64,000 nt of DNA from Candidatus Latescibacterota bacterium (GTDB lineage Bacteria > Latescibacterota > UBA2968 > GCA-2709665), in contig OZ220733.1 of assembly GCA_965116875.1 (NCBI GenBank), positions 384,001-448,000 on the forward strand, given 5' to 3'. The notes under the pieces are model-generated. The model was not told the origin of the DNA, searched no databases, and saw only the letters and a list, made by a program, of their open reading frames with translations. The position numbers and the translations under genes were made by a program. Positions 39,428-49,557 of this stretch are shown one piece after another; positions within the stretch are counted from its first letter, which is position 1; the number at the start of each line of letters is the position of its first letter.

Positions 39428-41395
39428 TCAATACCCGTGAATTGAATGCCCGCCCCCCGGGAACCAGATGATGTCCACAATCAACGAAACTCCCACGCCA
39501 GAGGAATAACCAACGAGTACACCCAGGAAGAACGGCACGTAACGCCGGTAGAGCGCCGCCCCGCCGATTCGCAGGATGAGAAATTTGATGGCCCAGGCCA
39601 GAAAGACCGAAAACACGGTATAACGCACAGACGTTCCCGTTCCGGCAAGCGCGAAGCCAACGGGGTGGAAGGGCCACCACGGAAACCTGTACTTCAGAAA
39701 TGTCAACAGCGACATGACCGCGGCGCCGATGCCGAACAGGCTCAGCTGCAACCGGTGAGGCGGCTCCGGATTGTTCATCTGCGTCAATACGCCGGCAAAG
39801 CCTGACTTGCTGTAGCGGGCGAAGGGATAGTCATTGAAATTGAAAGCGCCGTACGTATAACCCAGGTATAACGTGAAGAGGATCGAGAAAACGCACCCCA
39901 CTCCGAAAGCCGTCAACAACGCGGCAAGCACACGCCGCCGCCCGTCTCGGGGGCAGATGTCCGCCAGTTTGGCCCCGTGGATGACTGACGGCATGAACAG
40001 GCCCTTGCCGTAGGACGCGATGCCGTTCGTGAATCCGAGCGTCGTCAGACTGGATCCCGACAGATTCCGCGACCCGAACAGGGACGTGACAAACCGCTGC
40101 GGCCCCACGGGCATGCTGATGAAGACCAGACCGACGTCGGATACGATGCGCGAAACGCCCAGATAGAGGATAAACGCGGCCAGAACAAACGCGAACGCCA
40201 GGACAAAACTCATTCCGGCCTGCCACCACCAGAAGACAGCGAACAGAACGCACACAATCAGCCCGAATACCGCCGTCCGGAACGACATCATCTCATCTTT
40301 GTCATCCAGGGGCGCGTCCCTCCCCAGCGCCTTCAAGAGGACCAGTTTCAGGTGGTTCCGTGACGTCCAGAACCCCCATCCCACCATCGCAAAAAAGGCG
40401 CCCAGGGGCACCCACTGGAAATCGGCGGAGGCGTGGGACCACGAACTAGCGTTAATTCCCAGCCGGTTCAGAATCCCGCTGCGAACGATGAACAGAAGAT
40501 CGAAGAACCAGAGACTGAATAACACGTCTATATTGGCGAAATAGCAGAAGGAAATCGTAAACATATTGATCCGCGTCCACAGCCCCGGGAAATACCGTTC
40601 GAATTTGATCCAGGGGCCCCATCGGATATTCGGAATCTGTGGAAATCCGGGAACGAAATAGTTGATCATGTTCCAGGCCAGAATGCCGAACGCGACTGCG
40701 AATCCAATCCAGAAAAGCCGCGGGAAATCCGACGTCTCGGCCCGTTCGGTTAGGTCTGTAACGGGGCGCAAGATAGGAAACGAAATGCGTTCGCTTTCCA
40801 TCCACTGTTTTCGCAGAATTACCGCGAGGCAGACCGAACCGAAAAACAGGGCGGTAATCAGGCCCATCCAGCAAACCACCGGTACCAACCAGACGTTCCA
40901 GGGAATGGCGTCGCCGGGCGGCAGTCCTTCGAACAGGTGATTCAACGTGCCGTTCGTATTTCTCGGCGCCAGCCAATGCGGGATATTCGGATGGAAGAAC
41001 TCTCCCCACTGATTCTCCGGCGTCGCAAAGTAGAACGGCGCCGCAATGGCCCCCAGGAAATAACCCGTCAGCCCGACCGACGGTATCGACCCTCCGACGA
41101 GACCGCCCGCGAGCACAACCAGCAGTTCCGTCGAGGATAGCGCAAACCGACTTGCGAGCAACCGGCACAGCGGATTCAGTCCCAGCGCCAGCACGAGGTA
41201 GAGCAGCAGAGTGCCCATCGGAAAGTGACTCAACGTCATTCTCGACGCGTGGACCACGTACTCCACGTAGTTCACCAGGAGGTTCACTCCGACCGCCAAC
41301 ACCCCGGCCAGGAGAACGCTGCGCAGCGTCACCGTCTGCCTGTGAAGTCCACCCTCAACGTCGGCCGATACTGCGACCGCTGAACCTTCTGCCAT
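39428..41395 (-). CDS. Polytopic membrane protein, DUF6785/DUF6784-like (OPT-like putative transporter)
   Basis: Many hydrophobic segments; ILRKQW..ERISFP; RFPWWPFHPVG; WAIK..ILR.GG..LYR...PFFLG. Confidence 0.7.
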   Translation of the reverse strand: MAEGSAVAVSADVEGGLHRQTVTLRSVLLAGVLAVGVNLLVNYVEYVVHASRMTLSHFPMGTLLLYLVLALGLNPLCRLLASRFALSSTELLVVLAGGLVGGSIPSVGLTGYFLGAIAAPFYFATPENQWGEFFHPNIPHWLAPRNTNGTLNHLFEGLPPGDAIPWNVWLVPVVCWMGLITALFFGSVCLAVILRKQWMESERISFPILRPVTDLTERAETSDFPRLFWIGFAVAFGILAWNMINYFVPGFPQIPNIRWGPWIKFERYFPGLWTRINMFTISFCYFANIDVLFSLWFFDLLFIVRSGILNRLGINASSWSHASADFQWVPLGAFFAMVGWGFWTSRNHLKLVLLKALGRDAPLDDKDEMMSFRTAVFGLIVCVLFAVFWWWQAGMSFVLAFAFVLAAFILYLGVSRIVSDVGLVFISMPVGPQRFVTSLFGSRNLSGSSLTTLGFTNGIASYGKGLFMPSVIHGAKLADICPRDGRRRVLAALLTAFGVGCVFSILFTLYLGYTYGAFNFNDYPFARYSKSGFAGVLTQMNNPEPPHRLQLSLFGIGAAVMSLLTFLKYRFPWWPFHPVGFALAGTGTSVRYTVFSVFLAWAIKFLILRIGGAALYRRYVPFFLGVLVGYSSGVGVSLIVDIIWFPGGGHSIHGY

Positions 41396-41665
41396 ATTAC
41401 CTTTCCTGCGTCGTCCGACACCTCAGACAGCGAGGCGGCGGAATGACCGTAGACCCGGTACCGATGCAATCGATATTTGTGATTACCGCGACCAGCCTGC
41501 AGAATACACCTGGACAATGCAATATACAAAACGAACGTAACAAACACAAAAAACGGGCCCCAACGACCAGGCCCGAAGTGCATTATTTGGAAATCGCATT
41601 TGAATCCTTCACGGGATTGGCTGTCCCATTGGGAACGCGGATTTGCTTTGGAACTGACTTACTGT

Positions 41666-42037
41666 TCACGGCAGTGCCTTTATTCCTACTCTGCCGCCGT
41701 CGATAACCTGCACCGTCAACTCATAGCCGTCCAGCAAAGACATACCAATCAGTGGGTCACTTTCCACACAGTCCACAGCGATACGTCGCGGCTTGCCGTC
41801 CCATATAACAGTTGCTTCGTAAACGTCGAAAAGCACCTCACTTCCGTCCGCCAGCATGGCCCTGCTTCGCCTGCGCCAGCGAAGTCGAAGTTTTGCGATC
41901 AGAGAAGCAGGCAGGGTCAACCAGCCATCGAACCCCGTATCAATCACCGCCTCGACCTCTTGAGCCTGTTTCTCAAGGCCTCGCACCGTTACGGAAATTA
42001 CGGCCTCCCGGTAGGCGGTAACGATACCGGCTATCAC
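41666..42037 (-). CDS. Clan AA aspartic protease (DTGF / AF_0612-type)
   Basis: AVIDTGFDGWLTLP, LADGS, PLIGMSLL; GTG start overlaps the upstream TGA stop (GTGA). Confidence 0.88.
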   Translation of the reverse strand: MIAGIVTAYREAVISVTVRGLEKQAQEVEAVIDTGFDGWLTLPASLIAKLRLRWRRRSRAMLADGSEVLFDVYEATVIWDGKPRRIAVDCVESDPLIGMSLLDGYELTVQVIDGGRVGIKALP

Positions 42038-42309
42038 GTCTTTACCGACCGATAGCGTGGTCCAAAGCGGCGGGTATAGCGGGAACCGACTCGCATCATC
42101 CACATTTGCGCATCAGGCCTGCGGGACAGAAGACGATCTGACGCTCCAAGTTCATCCGCGTCGACTTCATAATCACCAGTTTCGATATCGATGACGACAA
42201 ACTTCCCTTCGTTTTCTGGCTCAATGAGGAGGCGTATGTCTCGCTCGTAAATCTCATCGCCTCGCCGGGCGAACTCTTCTTTGCTGTATCGCGGGCGTGA
42301 TACTGGCAT
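42034..42309 (-). CDS. Small conserved protein (DUF5678-like) coupled to the aspartic protease
   Basis: GGAGGAGG RBS; 91 aa; RGDEIYE...GKFVVIDIETGDYEV...RVG. Confidence 0.75.
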   Translation of the reverse strand: MPVSRPRYSKEEFARRGDEIYERDIRLLIEPENEGKFVVIDIETGDYEVDADELGASDRLLSRRPDAQMWMMRVGSRYTRRFGPRYRSVKT

Positions 42310-42501
42310 TGACCTCCTCCCGTTCTGTGGTTTCATCGTTTTTCACAGCAATGTGAACACAGACATCTACCTGAGAAATATACAACTTGAATATTGTCAT
42401 GTCCACATTCAATATTTCCTGCTTCCGGATATACCATAACGGGTGTATACAGAAAACAGACTGAGACTTTGACATGAATGCCATTTTGTCATACAATCCC
42501 A

Positions 42502-44118
42502 CTAAACGCCTGCCGCCCACGTGTTTCCGCCAGCCCGAACCTTTCCTTCCGACTTCAGAAACTCAGCGCAATGCGCGCCGCCGGCGACGCCTCCAACCAC
42601 CTCCAGTTCGTGGCCCATCTCGAGCAATCCATTCTGAATGGTTTCATCCAGCGATCGAGTTACCATGACGGGCTCTTCCATCTGAACGTGCATCCGGGGA
42701 CCCGACACGGCTTCACAGGAAGACGCGCCGAAATCCACGATTTTCTGAGCGATTCGCGCATTCACGCTCACAAGCCTGCGACCCCCCGGCAACCCCGCCG
42801 CGACGTCGCGGTCCGGGAGGCGAATCATCAGCGGCGCCGTATTGTTCAGGGGTCGTTTCCGGGGCGCCACCGAATTCCTGCGTCCGGGCCGTGGATCCAG
42901 GCGGCACATCCCGTGTCCCAGGATCAGACCCGTACCGGGCACTGTAACCAGGGACCCGAATGCGCCGCCCTGTGAAATCGTCACGGACGCCACGTTGCCT
43001 TCGGCGTCCGCGGCGGAAACGTGGAGCGTCCCGGTTGTTGAATCTCCCTCGGGCCCTGGGGACCGCCGATCCACAGATTCCGGAAACTGTCGCATCGACT
43101 CCACGCGACCTGCCGCATAGTCCTTGTTCAGAAGCCGCTGAACCGGAACGTCCACGTGATCCGGATCACCCAGGTAAAGCAGCCGGTCGCGCCACGCCAG
43201 CTTCAGCACTTCGGCCAACCGGTGCCAGTACGTAACCGAATCATCGGGCACGGGCTCGAAGCATTCCAGCATATTGAGGATCTGCAGGGCGGTCAATCCG
43301 CCGTTCGGCAATATCGCGGCATAGACGGTCGCGTCCCGGTACGTCGTCTCATACGGCGCGGTTATACGCGGCATGTAATCTGCCATATCCTCCCGGGTAA
43401 GCGCACCGCCCGTACTGCCAACGTGGTCCGCGATCTTTCGCCCGATTTCTCCATCGTAAAAGTCGCGCCACCCCGCCTCACATGCACGCGTCAACGACTT
43501 CTCCATATCCCGCCGGTGCCAGACGTCGTCCGCCTGTGGCAAACGCCCCTGCGGCATCAGGTGCTTCTCCGTTGCCGGAAACCGCCGGATCACCGGCTCG
43601 AGGTTCCGCACCGCAGCGGCCGTGGAGCCAAACGGGAATCCATTCTCCAGCAGCGTCAGAGACGGCGCCACGATATCGGACCACTTCAAGCGCCCCCAAC
43701 GCTCCCACAGCATCCCCATCCCCGCCATCATTCCCGGCGGACCGACGGCCCGGGGACCGTGCACGTTGGCGTTGTCCCTGATTGAACACAAATACTCATT
43801 CTCGTTGATCCCCTTCGGCCCATCCCGCATCGGCGCCACTTCGTACATCGTCTCGCTTGCACATGCGGGAGCAATGGCGTTGGCATCCAGAGACCATACC
43901 TTCCCGGACCGACCGTCCAGCACCAGCGCGCAAAGGACGTAGCCCATCACGCCCGTGGACTGTGGCTGCAGCATACAGCAGGCCATGCTGGCCGCGGCAG
44001 CCGCGTCCATCGCATTCCCGCCCCGGTCCAGCACGCGCACTCCCACCCGGGCCGCCTCTTCCGGCCCCGCGGCAACGACGCCGCGAGACGTGAGAACCTC
44101 TTTTCCTTCGACCATCAT
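42502..44118 (-). CDS. Gamma-glutamyltransferase (Ntn-hydrolase) family protein
   Basis: GGNAMDAA, WERWG.L.W, FYDGEI, autoprocessing site GTLHVSAAD.EGN..S.T, FGS, PRKRP, PGG, PRMH. Confidence 0.92.
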   Translation of the reverse strand: MMVEGKEVLTSRGVVAAGPEEAARVGVRVLDRGGNAMDAAAAASMACCMLQPQSTGVMGYVLCALVLDGRSGKVWSLDANAIAPACASETMYEVAPMRDGPKGINENEYLCSIRDNANVHGPRAVGPPGMMAGMGMLWERWGRLKWSDIVAPSLTLLENGFPFGSTAAAVRNLEPVIRRFPATEKHLMPQGRLPQADDVWHRRDMEKSLTRACEAGWRDFYDGEIGRKIADHVGSTGGALTREDMADYMPRITAPYETTYRDATVYAAILPNGGLTALQILNMLECFEPVPDDSVTYWHRLAEVLKLAWRDRLLYLGDPDHVDVPVQRLLNKDYAAGRVESMRQFPESVDRRSPGPEGDSTTGTLHVSAADAEGNVASVTISQGGAFGSLVTVPGTGLILGHGMCRLDPRPGRRNSVAPRKRPLNNTAPLMIRLPDRDVAAGLPGGRRLVSVNARIAQKIVDFGASSCEAVSGPRMHVQMEEPVMVTRSLDETIQNGLLEMGHELEVVGGVAGGAHCAEFLKSEGKVRAGGNTWAAGV

Positions 44119-44143
44119 GTGTCGCCCCTGCGCAACCGCCTTG

Positions 44144-45361
44144 CTACAGATTCGCGGCCACCTTGTGAATTGCCGCCGCGATGTCATCGATATCCGACTC
44201 GTCCATATGTTCATGGATGCCTCGAACCGCAACCGTCTCCAGTCCCGCGACAGCCTGAGGGGTCGTTTCCGGCCCATAATGGTACTCGCGGTCCGTCACG
44301 CCGCAGGTGAACGGACATCCGCTGCTTCCATATGTGATCTTTTCCGTCAGATATTTCCCGCGCATAAATATCGGGTCTCCGATATAGTGGGCGCCTACCG
44401 CGACGCCCTCCGCGGACACCGCCCTGCAGAACCGGTCCGGGTCGTGGCCGGTCACGTGAAATATGAAATTCCACCACGAGACCTCGCGGTCCGGTTCCGC
44501 GGGCACGGGCTCGATTCCCGGCGCATCCGCGATCAGTTCACACAGGAGCCGTCCCAGACGGATCCGGCGCTCCACAACGGCCCGCACCTTTTCCAGCTGT
44601 GCCAGGCCCACGGCCCCCTGCATCTCCGTCATACGATAGGTGGGCGCAAGGAACCCGTGGTCCCGCTCGCCCATGTACTGATAGTCCCAGCCCTTATCCG
44701 AAAACAGCTTCAGCCGGACATAGGTCTCCTCGTTATTCGTAACGGTCATCCCGCCGTCTCCGGTTGTCATATGTTTGGACTGCTGAAGGCTGAAACATCC
44801 CATATGCCCGAACGTGCCGACGTACCGATCCTTGAATCGGGTGGCATGGGCCTGGCTGCAGTCCTCGATCAGAATCAGGTTGTGGCGATCAGCAAGTTCC
44901 GCCACCGCGTCCACGTCGCACGGCCTCCCGAAGAGATGCACCAGGATGATCGCCCGCGTCCGGTCCGTAATGACGGCTTCGATGGAGGCGGGGGTCATGT
45001 TCAATGTCCCGGGATCGACGTCGGCAAAGACGGGCACCGCGTTCTGCTGCAAAATCGGCATCACACTGCCCGGATCGGTAACGGGCGCGGTGATAATCTC
45101 ATCCCCCGGCTCCGGGTTCACGGTCCCCACGGCAAGATGAATGGCCGCCGACCCGCCCGTGGAACTCTGCGCGAATCCGACTCCGTAGAAATCAGCAAAG
45201 GCCCTTTCGAATTCCTTCACGAACCGGCCGTTCTTGCCGAACAGATTCTGGCTTCGCACGGCATCGACCAACAGTTGCTCCTCCCGACATCCGAACGGCG
45301 CCCTCTCGGGAAACGGGCGGGTGCGAACCTTCGGTCCTCCATGAATTGCCAGCTTCTCCAT
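44144..45361 (-). CDS. DegT/DnrJ/EryC1/StrS family PLP aminotransferase
   Basis: KLAIHGG, PGDEII, PVFADVD, VHLFG, IEDCSQAH, FSLQQSKHMTTGDGG, YRMTE.QGA. Confidence 0.93.
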   Translation of the reverse strand: MEKLAIHGGPKVRTRPFPERAPFGCREEQLLVDAVRSQNLFGKNGRFVKEFERAFADFYGVGFAQSSTGGSAAIHLAVGTVNPEPGDEIITAPVTDPGSVMPILQQNAVPVFADVDPGTLNMTPASIEAVITDRTRAIILVHLFGRPCDVDAVAELADRHNLILIEDCSQAHATRFKDRYVGTFGHMGCFSLQQSKHMTTGDGGMTVTNNEETYVRLKLFSDKGWDYQYMGERDHGFLAPTYRMTEMQGAVGLAQLEKVRAVVERRIRLGRLLCELIADAPGIEPVPAEPDREVSWWNFIFHVTGHDPDRFCRAVSAEGVAVGAHYIGDPIFMRGKYLTEKITYGSSGCPFTCGVTDREYHYGPETTPQAVAGLETVAVRGIHEHMDESDIDDIAAAIHKVAANL

Positions 45362-45675
45362 CTTCCCTCCAACAAAAGAAGAATCCAGAAGCCGGTAATC
45401 AGAATCCGGAAGGAAAACCTGATTTTCTTCCATCATTCTGACTTTCGACCTCTGGATTTCGCAATGACGCGCCGCCCGATCCGTCACCGTCCCGTCCCGA
45501 CTCCCCGCATTTGGAAGCTGTCTTAAAATTCCCAGCGGTCTTCGCACGGCTGCAAAAGCGCCGGTCGGCGTTGGTCAAATCCACCCGTATAGACAAATAT
45601 GGGCGGATTTTCCCGCCTTGACCGCCACTTTTTCGCTCGCGCTCGGGAACTCACCGGTAATTTTAAAACAGCTTC

Positions 45676-48078
45676 TTACCTCTCCAGTCTGAACAGGACC
45701 TCCTTCTCGACTGCCGCATTGCCGTTCTGATCCTCAACGCGAACCGTCAGCCGGTTCACACCGGCTTTGGCGTTCCCCAGGTCCATCTCGAAATACTCAT
45801 GCAGGTCCGTTTCCTCCCGGACCTGTTCGGTGGAAATCGAAACCTCGGGGTTGCGTTCGCCCCTGCGGAACAGACCGCCCACGCCCGCCCAGAGGCGTCC
45901 GAACGCGCCGCCCTTCTCCGGCATCGAATGGATCGTATAATGTAACGTAAACCGGCTCTGGCCGAATGTGTCCGGTTTCAGGCCGTAGGCTTCGTAATAG
46001 ACAAACGGGTGCTGTTCCATCCGATAGGTCTTGGTGGTCATTGGAATCACCCATATGTCGCCGCCCTTGGCGTATTTTTCCAGACCGCCTTCGGTTGAAA
46101 TCTGATATCCCAGTTCCAGGCCGCTCAGCTTGAGCGTATCCAGGGAATAATCCTCCACCTCCAGTCGTTCCTTGTAGATCCCCGAATGGCCGGAAACGAG
46201 GTCCTTGACCTGAACCCGCATCTCGTAGGCGCCCGGGCTCACGTCCAGCGCGAGTTGATTCGGAATAAAGGTCCCCTTCCCGGTATAAAGCTCCTTCGAC
46301 GTGCGCAGTACCAGTTCCTCGCTGTCCTGCAGCGTCTGTCCGGACTCCGCTTCATACAGCGCAACCGCACACCCCAGGCGAAACACCGGCTGTTCCTGCG
46401 ATTCGGACCCGCTCAGACTACGCGGCGGGATTCCATAATAGACCTCCACGCGCGTCTTGCCATTGGACCCTCTGAACGTCGCCCGATCGTAGTAAAAGTC
46501 GAGAAATGCCTCACGCCCGCCCGGAAGATAGTGATCGGGCATCTGCCTGATACTCCGGTTCATGACCATCGCGGGCGAGTATTTCACGATCCGGCTGGTG
46601 CGCCGCAATGCGCCTTCGTCGAACGCCGCCGCAGGCACGGGCGCAAAGTCGAACTTCCCGCCACCCCACTCGTTGGTAAACACCACCTCGATCCCCCCGG
46701 CGACACCGGTATACACCCACGACTCCCACTTGATAAAGGACATGAAGTCCCCGGCCGTCACCTGCGTGCGGTTCGGGGACAGGGTCACCTCGTAATTGTC
46801 TCCATCCAGCTCCGACATGTCAGCAGGCGCCATGGGCTCATCGGCCAGGGCGGGCGCACCCTCCTCCACTTCCAGCGGGTCGGGCGCTTCGCCCTGATCG
46901 GTACCAGGCGGCAGTTCAGCGGGGAAATCCAGACCCACCTCGTGCATCCTGCGAACCGGAAATACGGGCCCCCGGCCAACCTCCATCATGCCGTGCGGTC
47001 CGTAGATATCGTGGGCGACACGCTCCTTGATCCGTTCCACTGAAACAGGCATGCGTGGCGCCACGCTGCCGGAAGTCGACCGGTAATCCGGCGCGCCGTA
47101 ACGAATATAGACCTCGCCCCGCCGGTCCCACGGATTCGCCTGTTCGGAAAAAGCGGCTCGCGAATACCAGACGCGCCGATAATGCTCCAGCTTGCGCTCG
47201 TTCACCGAGGTCATCAGATCCGGGTCTCTCACCGACCAGAATCTTACGAGGAACTCCCGCCGCGCCGCCGGATCGTCCTCGGTCGCCCTATGGGTAAGAA
47301 GCTCCTCCCTGGATGCGATCAGACTCACGTCCTGGTACAACAGGCGTTCCTCGGGCGGCATACGCGAGAATCCCCTGCCGTAATATTGCATTGCCAGGTC
47401 CAGAGCTTTCCGGCTCGCGCAAGCCTGCGCCACAACGGGCAACAGCAGACCTTCGTCCATCGTTACTTCCAACGAGTCCAGCGCTTGAGAGGGTACGTCC
47501 TCAAAGACGCCCGTCCGGATATAGGTCGTGACTACGGCCTGGAGCACGGTCGGATCACGCGTCCGATCTACCGATAGAGAGCGCACGTAGGCATCGAGGG
47601 AGTTTTCGTAGTCCTCGATGTCGGAATACAACCGTCCCATGAGCCGATGGACCAGTTCGAATCCGGGCGAAAGCGCGGCTGCCCGTGTGGCATGGTAGAT
47701 CGTCTGTTCTGAAAACCTCCCCTTCTCTCCCTCCGCCGTGCCCGCGCGATATGACGCCAGCGCCATGCCGAAGTGTGCTGGTGCGAACTCGACGTTTTGA
47801 GACAGCGCCGACTGAAACGCTTCTCTGGCGCCCTCCAGGTCTGCCTTCAGCAACCGGGCGTATCCGATCCGGGTGTTCTGGCCCGCCGGATCCGCGATTA
47901 TCTGCGGCCAGTACGCACGCAACGCACGCTGCAGTTCCGGGTCCGGTGCGGAGTCGGCGGTCGTGTCAGACGCGGTTTGAGGCGGCGATTCTTCGGCGCC
48001 GTTTGTAGGACCTCCCGCCAGGAAAAGGGCCAATCCGGCAAGCCAGGGAACCATCGTCCGCAGTAGAATCCGGAACAT
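45676..48078 (-). CDS. Secreted TPR + GWxTD-domain protein; paralog of 34075-37824
   Basis: Signal peptide; TPRs; RFWSVRDPD...SVNERKLEHYRRVW, PWDRRGEVYIRYGAPD, WESWVY. Confidence 0.82.
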   Translation of the reverse strand: MFRILLRTMVPWLAGLALFLAGGPTNGAEESPPQTASDTTADSAPDPELQRALRAYWPQIIADPAGQNTRIGYARLLKADLEGAREAFQSALSQNVEFAPAHFGMALASYRAGTAEGEKGRFSEQTIYHATRAAALSPGFELVHRLMGRLYSDIEDYENSLDAYVRSLSVDRTRDPTVLQAVVTTYIRTGVFEDVPSQALDSLEVTMDEGLLLPVVAQACASRKALDLAMQYYGRGFSRMPPEERLLYQDVSLIASREELLTHRATEDDPAARREFLVRFWSVRDPDLMTSVNERKLEHYRRVWYSRAAFSEQANPWDRRGEVYIRYGAPDYRSTSGSVAPRMPVSVERIKERVAHDIYGPHGMMEVGRGPVFPVRRMHEVGLDFPAELPPGTDQGEAPDPLEVEEGAPALADEPMAPADMSELDGDNYEVTLSPNRTQVTAGDFMSFIKWESWVYTGVAGGIEVVFTNEWGGGKFDFAPVPAAAFDEGALRRTSRIVKYSPAMVMNRSIRQMPDHYLPGGREAFLDFYYDRATFRGSNGKTRVEVYYGIPPRSLSGSESQEQPVFRLGCAVALYEAESGQTLQDSEELVLRTSKELYTGKGTFIPNQLALDVSPGAYEMRVQVKDLVSGHSGIYKERLEVEDYSLDTLKLSGLELGYQISTEGGLEKYAKGGDIWVIPMTTKTYRMEQHPFVYYEAYGLKPDTFGQSRFTLHYTIHSMPEKGGAFGRLWAGVGGLFRRGERNPEVSISTEQVREETDLHEYFEMDLGNAKAGVNRLTVRVEDQNGNAAVEKEVLFRLER

Positions 48079-48358
48079 TGTACTCTTCCTCGTTTCGGGT
48101 TTGCGCAAACGCCTCAGACCGCACCCGCATTCTCACTGGAACGGGTGCCGGCGCCTTGGTATTGCTACCTATAAATATAGGATGCCCACAGACGCAATTG
48201 GTTGCAGAAAATCAAGAGGGACGGGAGAGGGGAGAGAACCACACCCCGGCCCACCACCTGGTGAGACGTAAGCCGGGAGAGGGTAGAGATCGCATGCCGT
48301 GTAAGTTTTCTTGTCATGCCGCAGGCAAGACGGAGGAACATATTGGCAAGGGCTTCTT

Positions 48359-48412
48359 CTACCGTCTCACCTCTACCGTCTCCCCGCTTTTTTCTACCGT
48401 CTCCCGTCTACC
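48359..48412. repeat. Short direct repeats CTACCGTCTC x3 in a pyrimidine-rich intergenic block
   Basis: Copies at 48359, 48373 and 48394. Confidence 0.6.
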
Positions 48413-48423
48413 TGCTTCTGTAA

Positions 48424-48461
48424 ATAGAAAAGGAGGACGATCCGGCGGACCGCCCCCCTTT
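48424..48461 (-). terminator. Intrinsic terminator after the PorV-like gene
   Basis: Minus strand reads AAAGGGGGGCGGTCC-GCC-GGATCGTCCTCCTTT followed by TCTATTT. Confidence 0.7.
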
Positions 48462-48483
48462 ATGTTTGCCGCGCGTCAGGCCC

Positions 48484-49527
48484 CTAGAATGTCCCGCCCA
48501 CGGACAGACGCAACGGTGGATCGAAAATGCCCAGATCCGCATTGTGGTAGGAGAGGTCCACTGTGATCAGCTGACCGCCCGGCAGTTCGTGCTTCAGACC
48601 GGCGCCGACGCTCCAGCTTTCAAGTGCGGTATGCGTCCTGTAGCCGGCGCGAAGCGCGAGCGTGTTTTCCAGCCAGAGTTCCCCGCCCGCGCGGGTGATC
48701 GGCCGGAAGTCCGTCACGAACTCGTGCTCGAGGGAGAGCGTGAAGTATCCGGGATCGCCCTTCTGTCCGAATATCTCCATCGCTCCGCCGAGGGAGTATG
48801 TGGTGGGCATCGCCGCCGTGAAACCGCCTTCCGTTACCTTGACGTTCGGGCCCAGGTTCCGGAAACTCATGGCGATCCTGCTGCTCCGGTACCCCGTGTA
48901 GAAGTGGGTGCCGATGCTGTAATCCAGTGTCGAAACCTTCTCCAGGTAAAGATCTTCCTGGATCCAGCGAATTTGACCGCCCAGCATGAATTTGTCGGTC
49001 ATCTTCTTCGCGAATACCGCGCCGAGGGCGATATCGCCCACCTGCGCCATGGTCCCGGTGCCCCAGGGAGCCGTGGGTGTGGTAACCTCGAATTCTTCGG
49101 CCGCGAAACTCGTGACCGTGAACCCGATAATTCCGAATCCGGCGTTGAACGCCAGCGCCCCGGAAACCAGTGAGGAATTGGCCAGCCAGCGGGTGTAGTT
49201 CAGGGTATAGGCCACGTTTTCGACGTGCCCCAGGCCCGCGGCGTTCCAGAACGCGGACGTGATGTCGTCAGCGATGGCGGTATAAGCGCCGCCCATCGCC
49301 TCAGCGCGCGCGCCCTGGCCGATTTTCAGGAACGGAAATTCGGAAAGTCCCACACGTTCGACCCAGAGGCCCCAGGCCTTGTCTACGTTCTCCATCTTCG
49401 GATCGATCAACGCCCCGTCGCGCGACCCGGTGCCGGGCGCCGGCTGCTCAACCGCCCACGCCGGCGTCACGGACAGGAGAGCGACGGTCACGAGGGCCAA
49501 TCCCAAGATGTACCATCCTTTTTTCAT
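48484..49527 (-). CDS. PorV/PorQ family outer-membrane beta-barrel
   Basis: Signal peptide; FLKIGQGARAEAMGGAY.A..DD..S.FWNAAGL; LALRAGY; terminal Phe. Confidence 0.88.
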   Translation of the reverse strand: MKKGWYILGLALVTVALLSVTPAWAVEQPAPGTGSRDGALIDPKMENVDKAWGLWVERVGLSEFPFLKIGQGARAEAMGGAYTAIADDITSAFWNAAGLGHVENVAYTLNYTRWLANSSLVSGALAFNAGFGIIGFTVTSFAAEEFEVTTPTAPWGTGTMAQVGDIALGAVFAKKMTDKFMLGGQIRWIQEDLYLEKVSTLDYSIGTHFYTGYRSSRIAMSFRNLGPNVKVTEGGFTAAMPTTYSLGGAMEIFGQKGDPGYFTLSLEHEFVTDFRPITRAGGELWLENTLALRAGYRTHTALESWSVGAGLKHELPGGQLITVDLSYHNADLGIFDPPLRLSVGGTF

Positions 49528-49557
49528 AACAATTCTCCTTCAACGTCGCGAGGTTCG

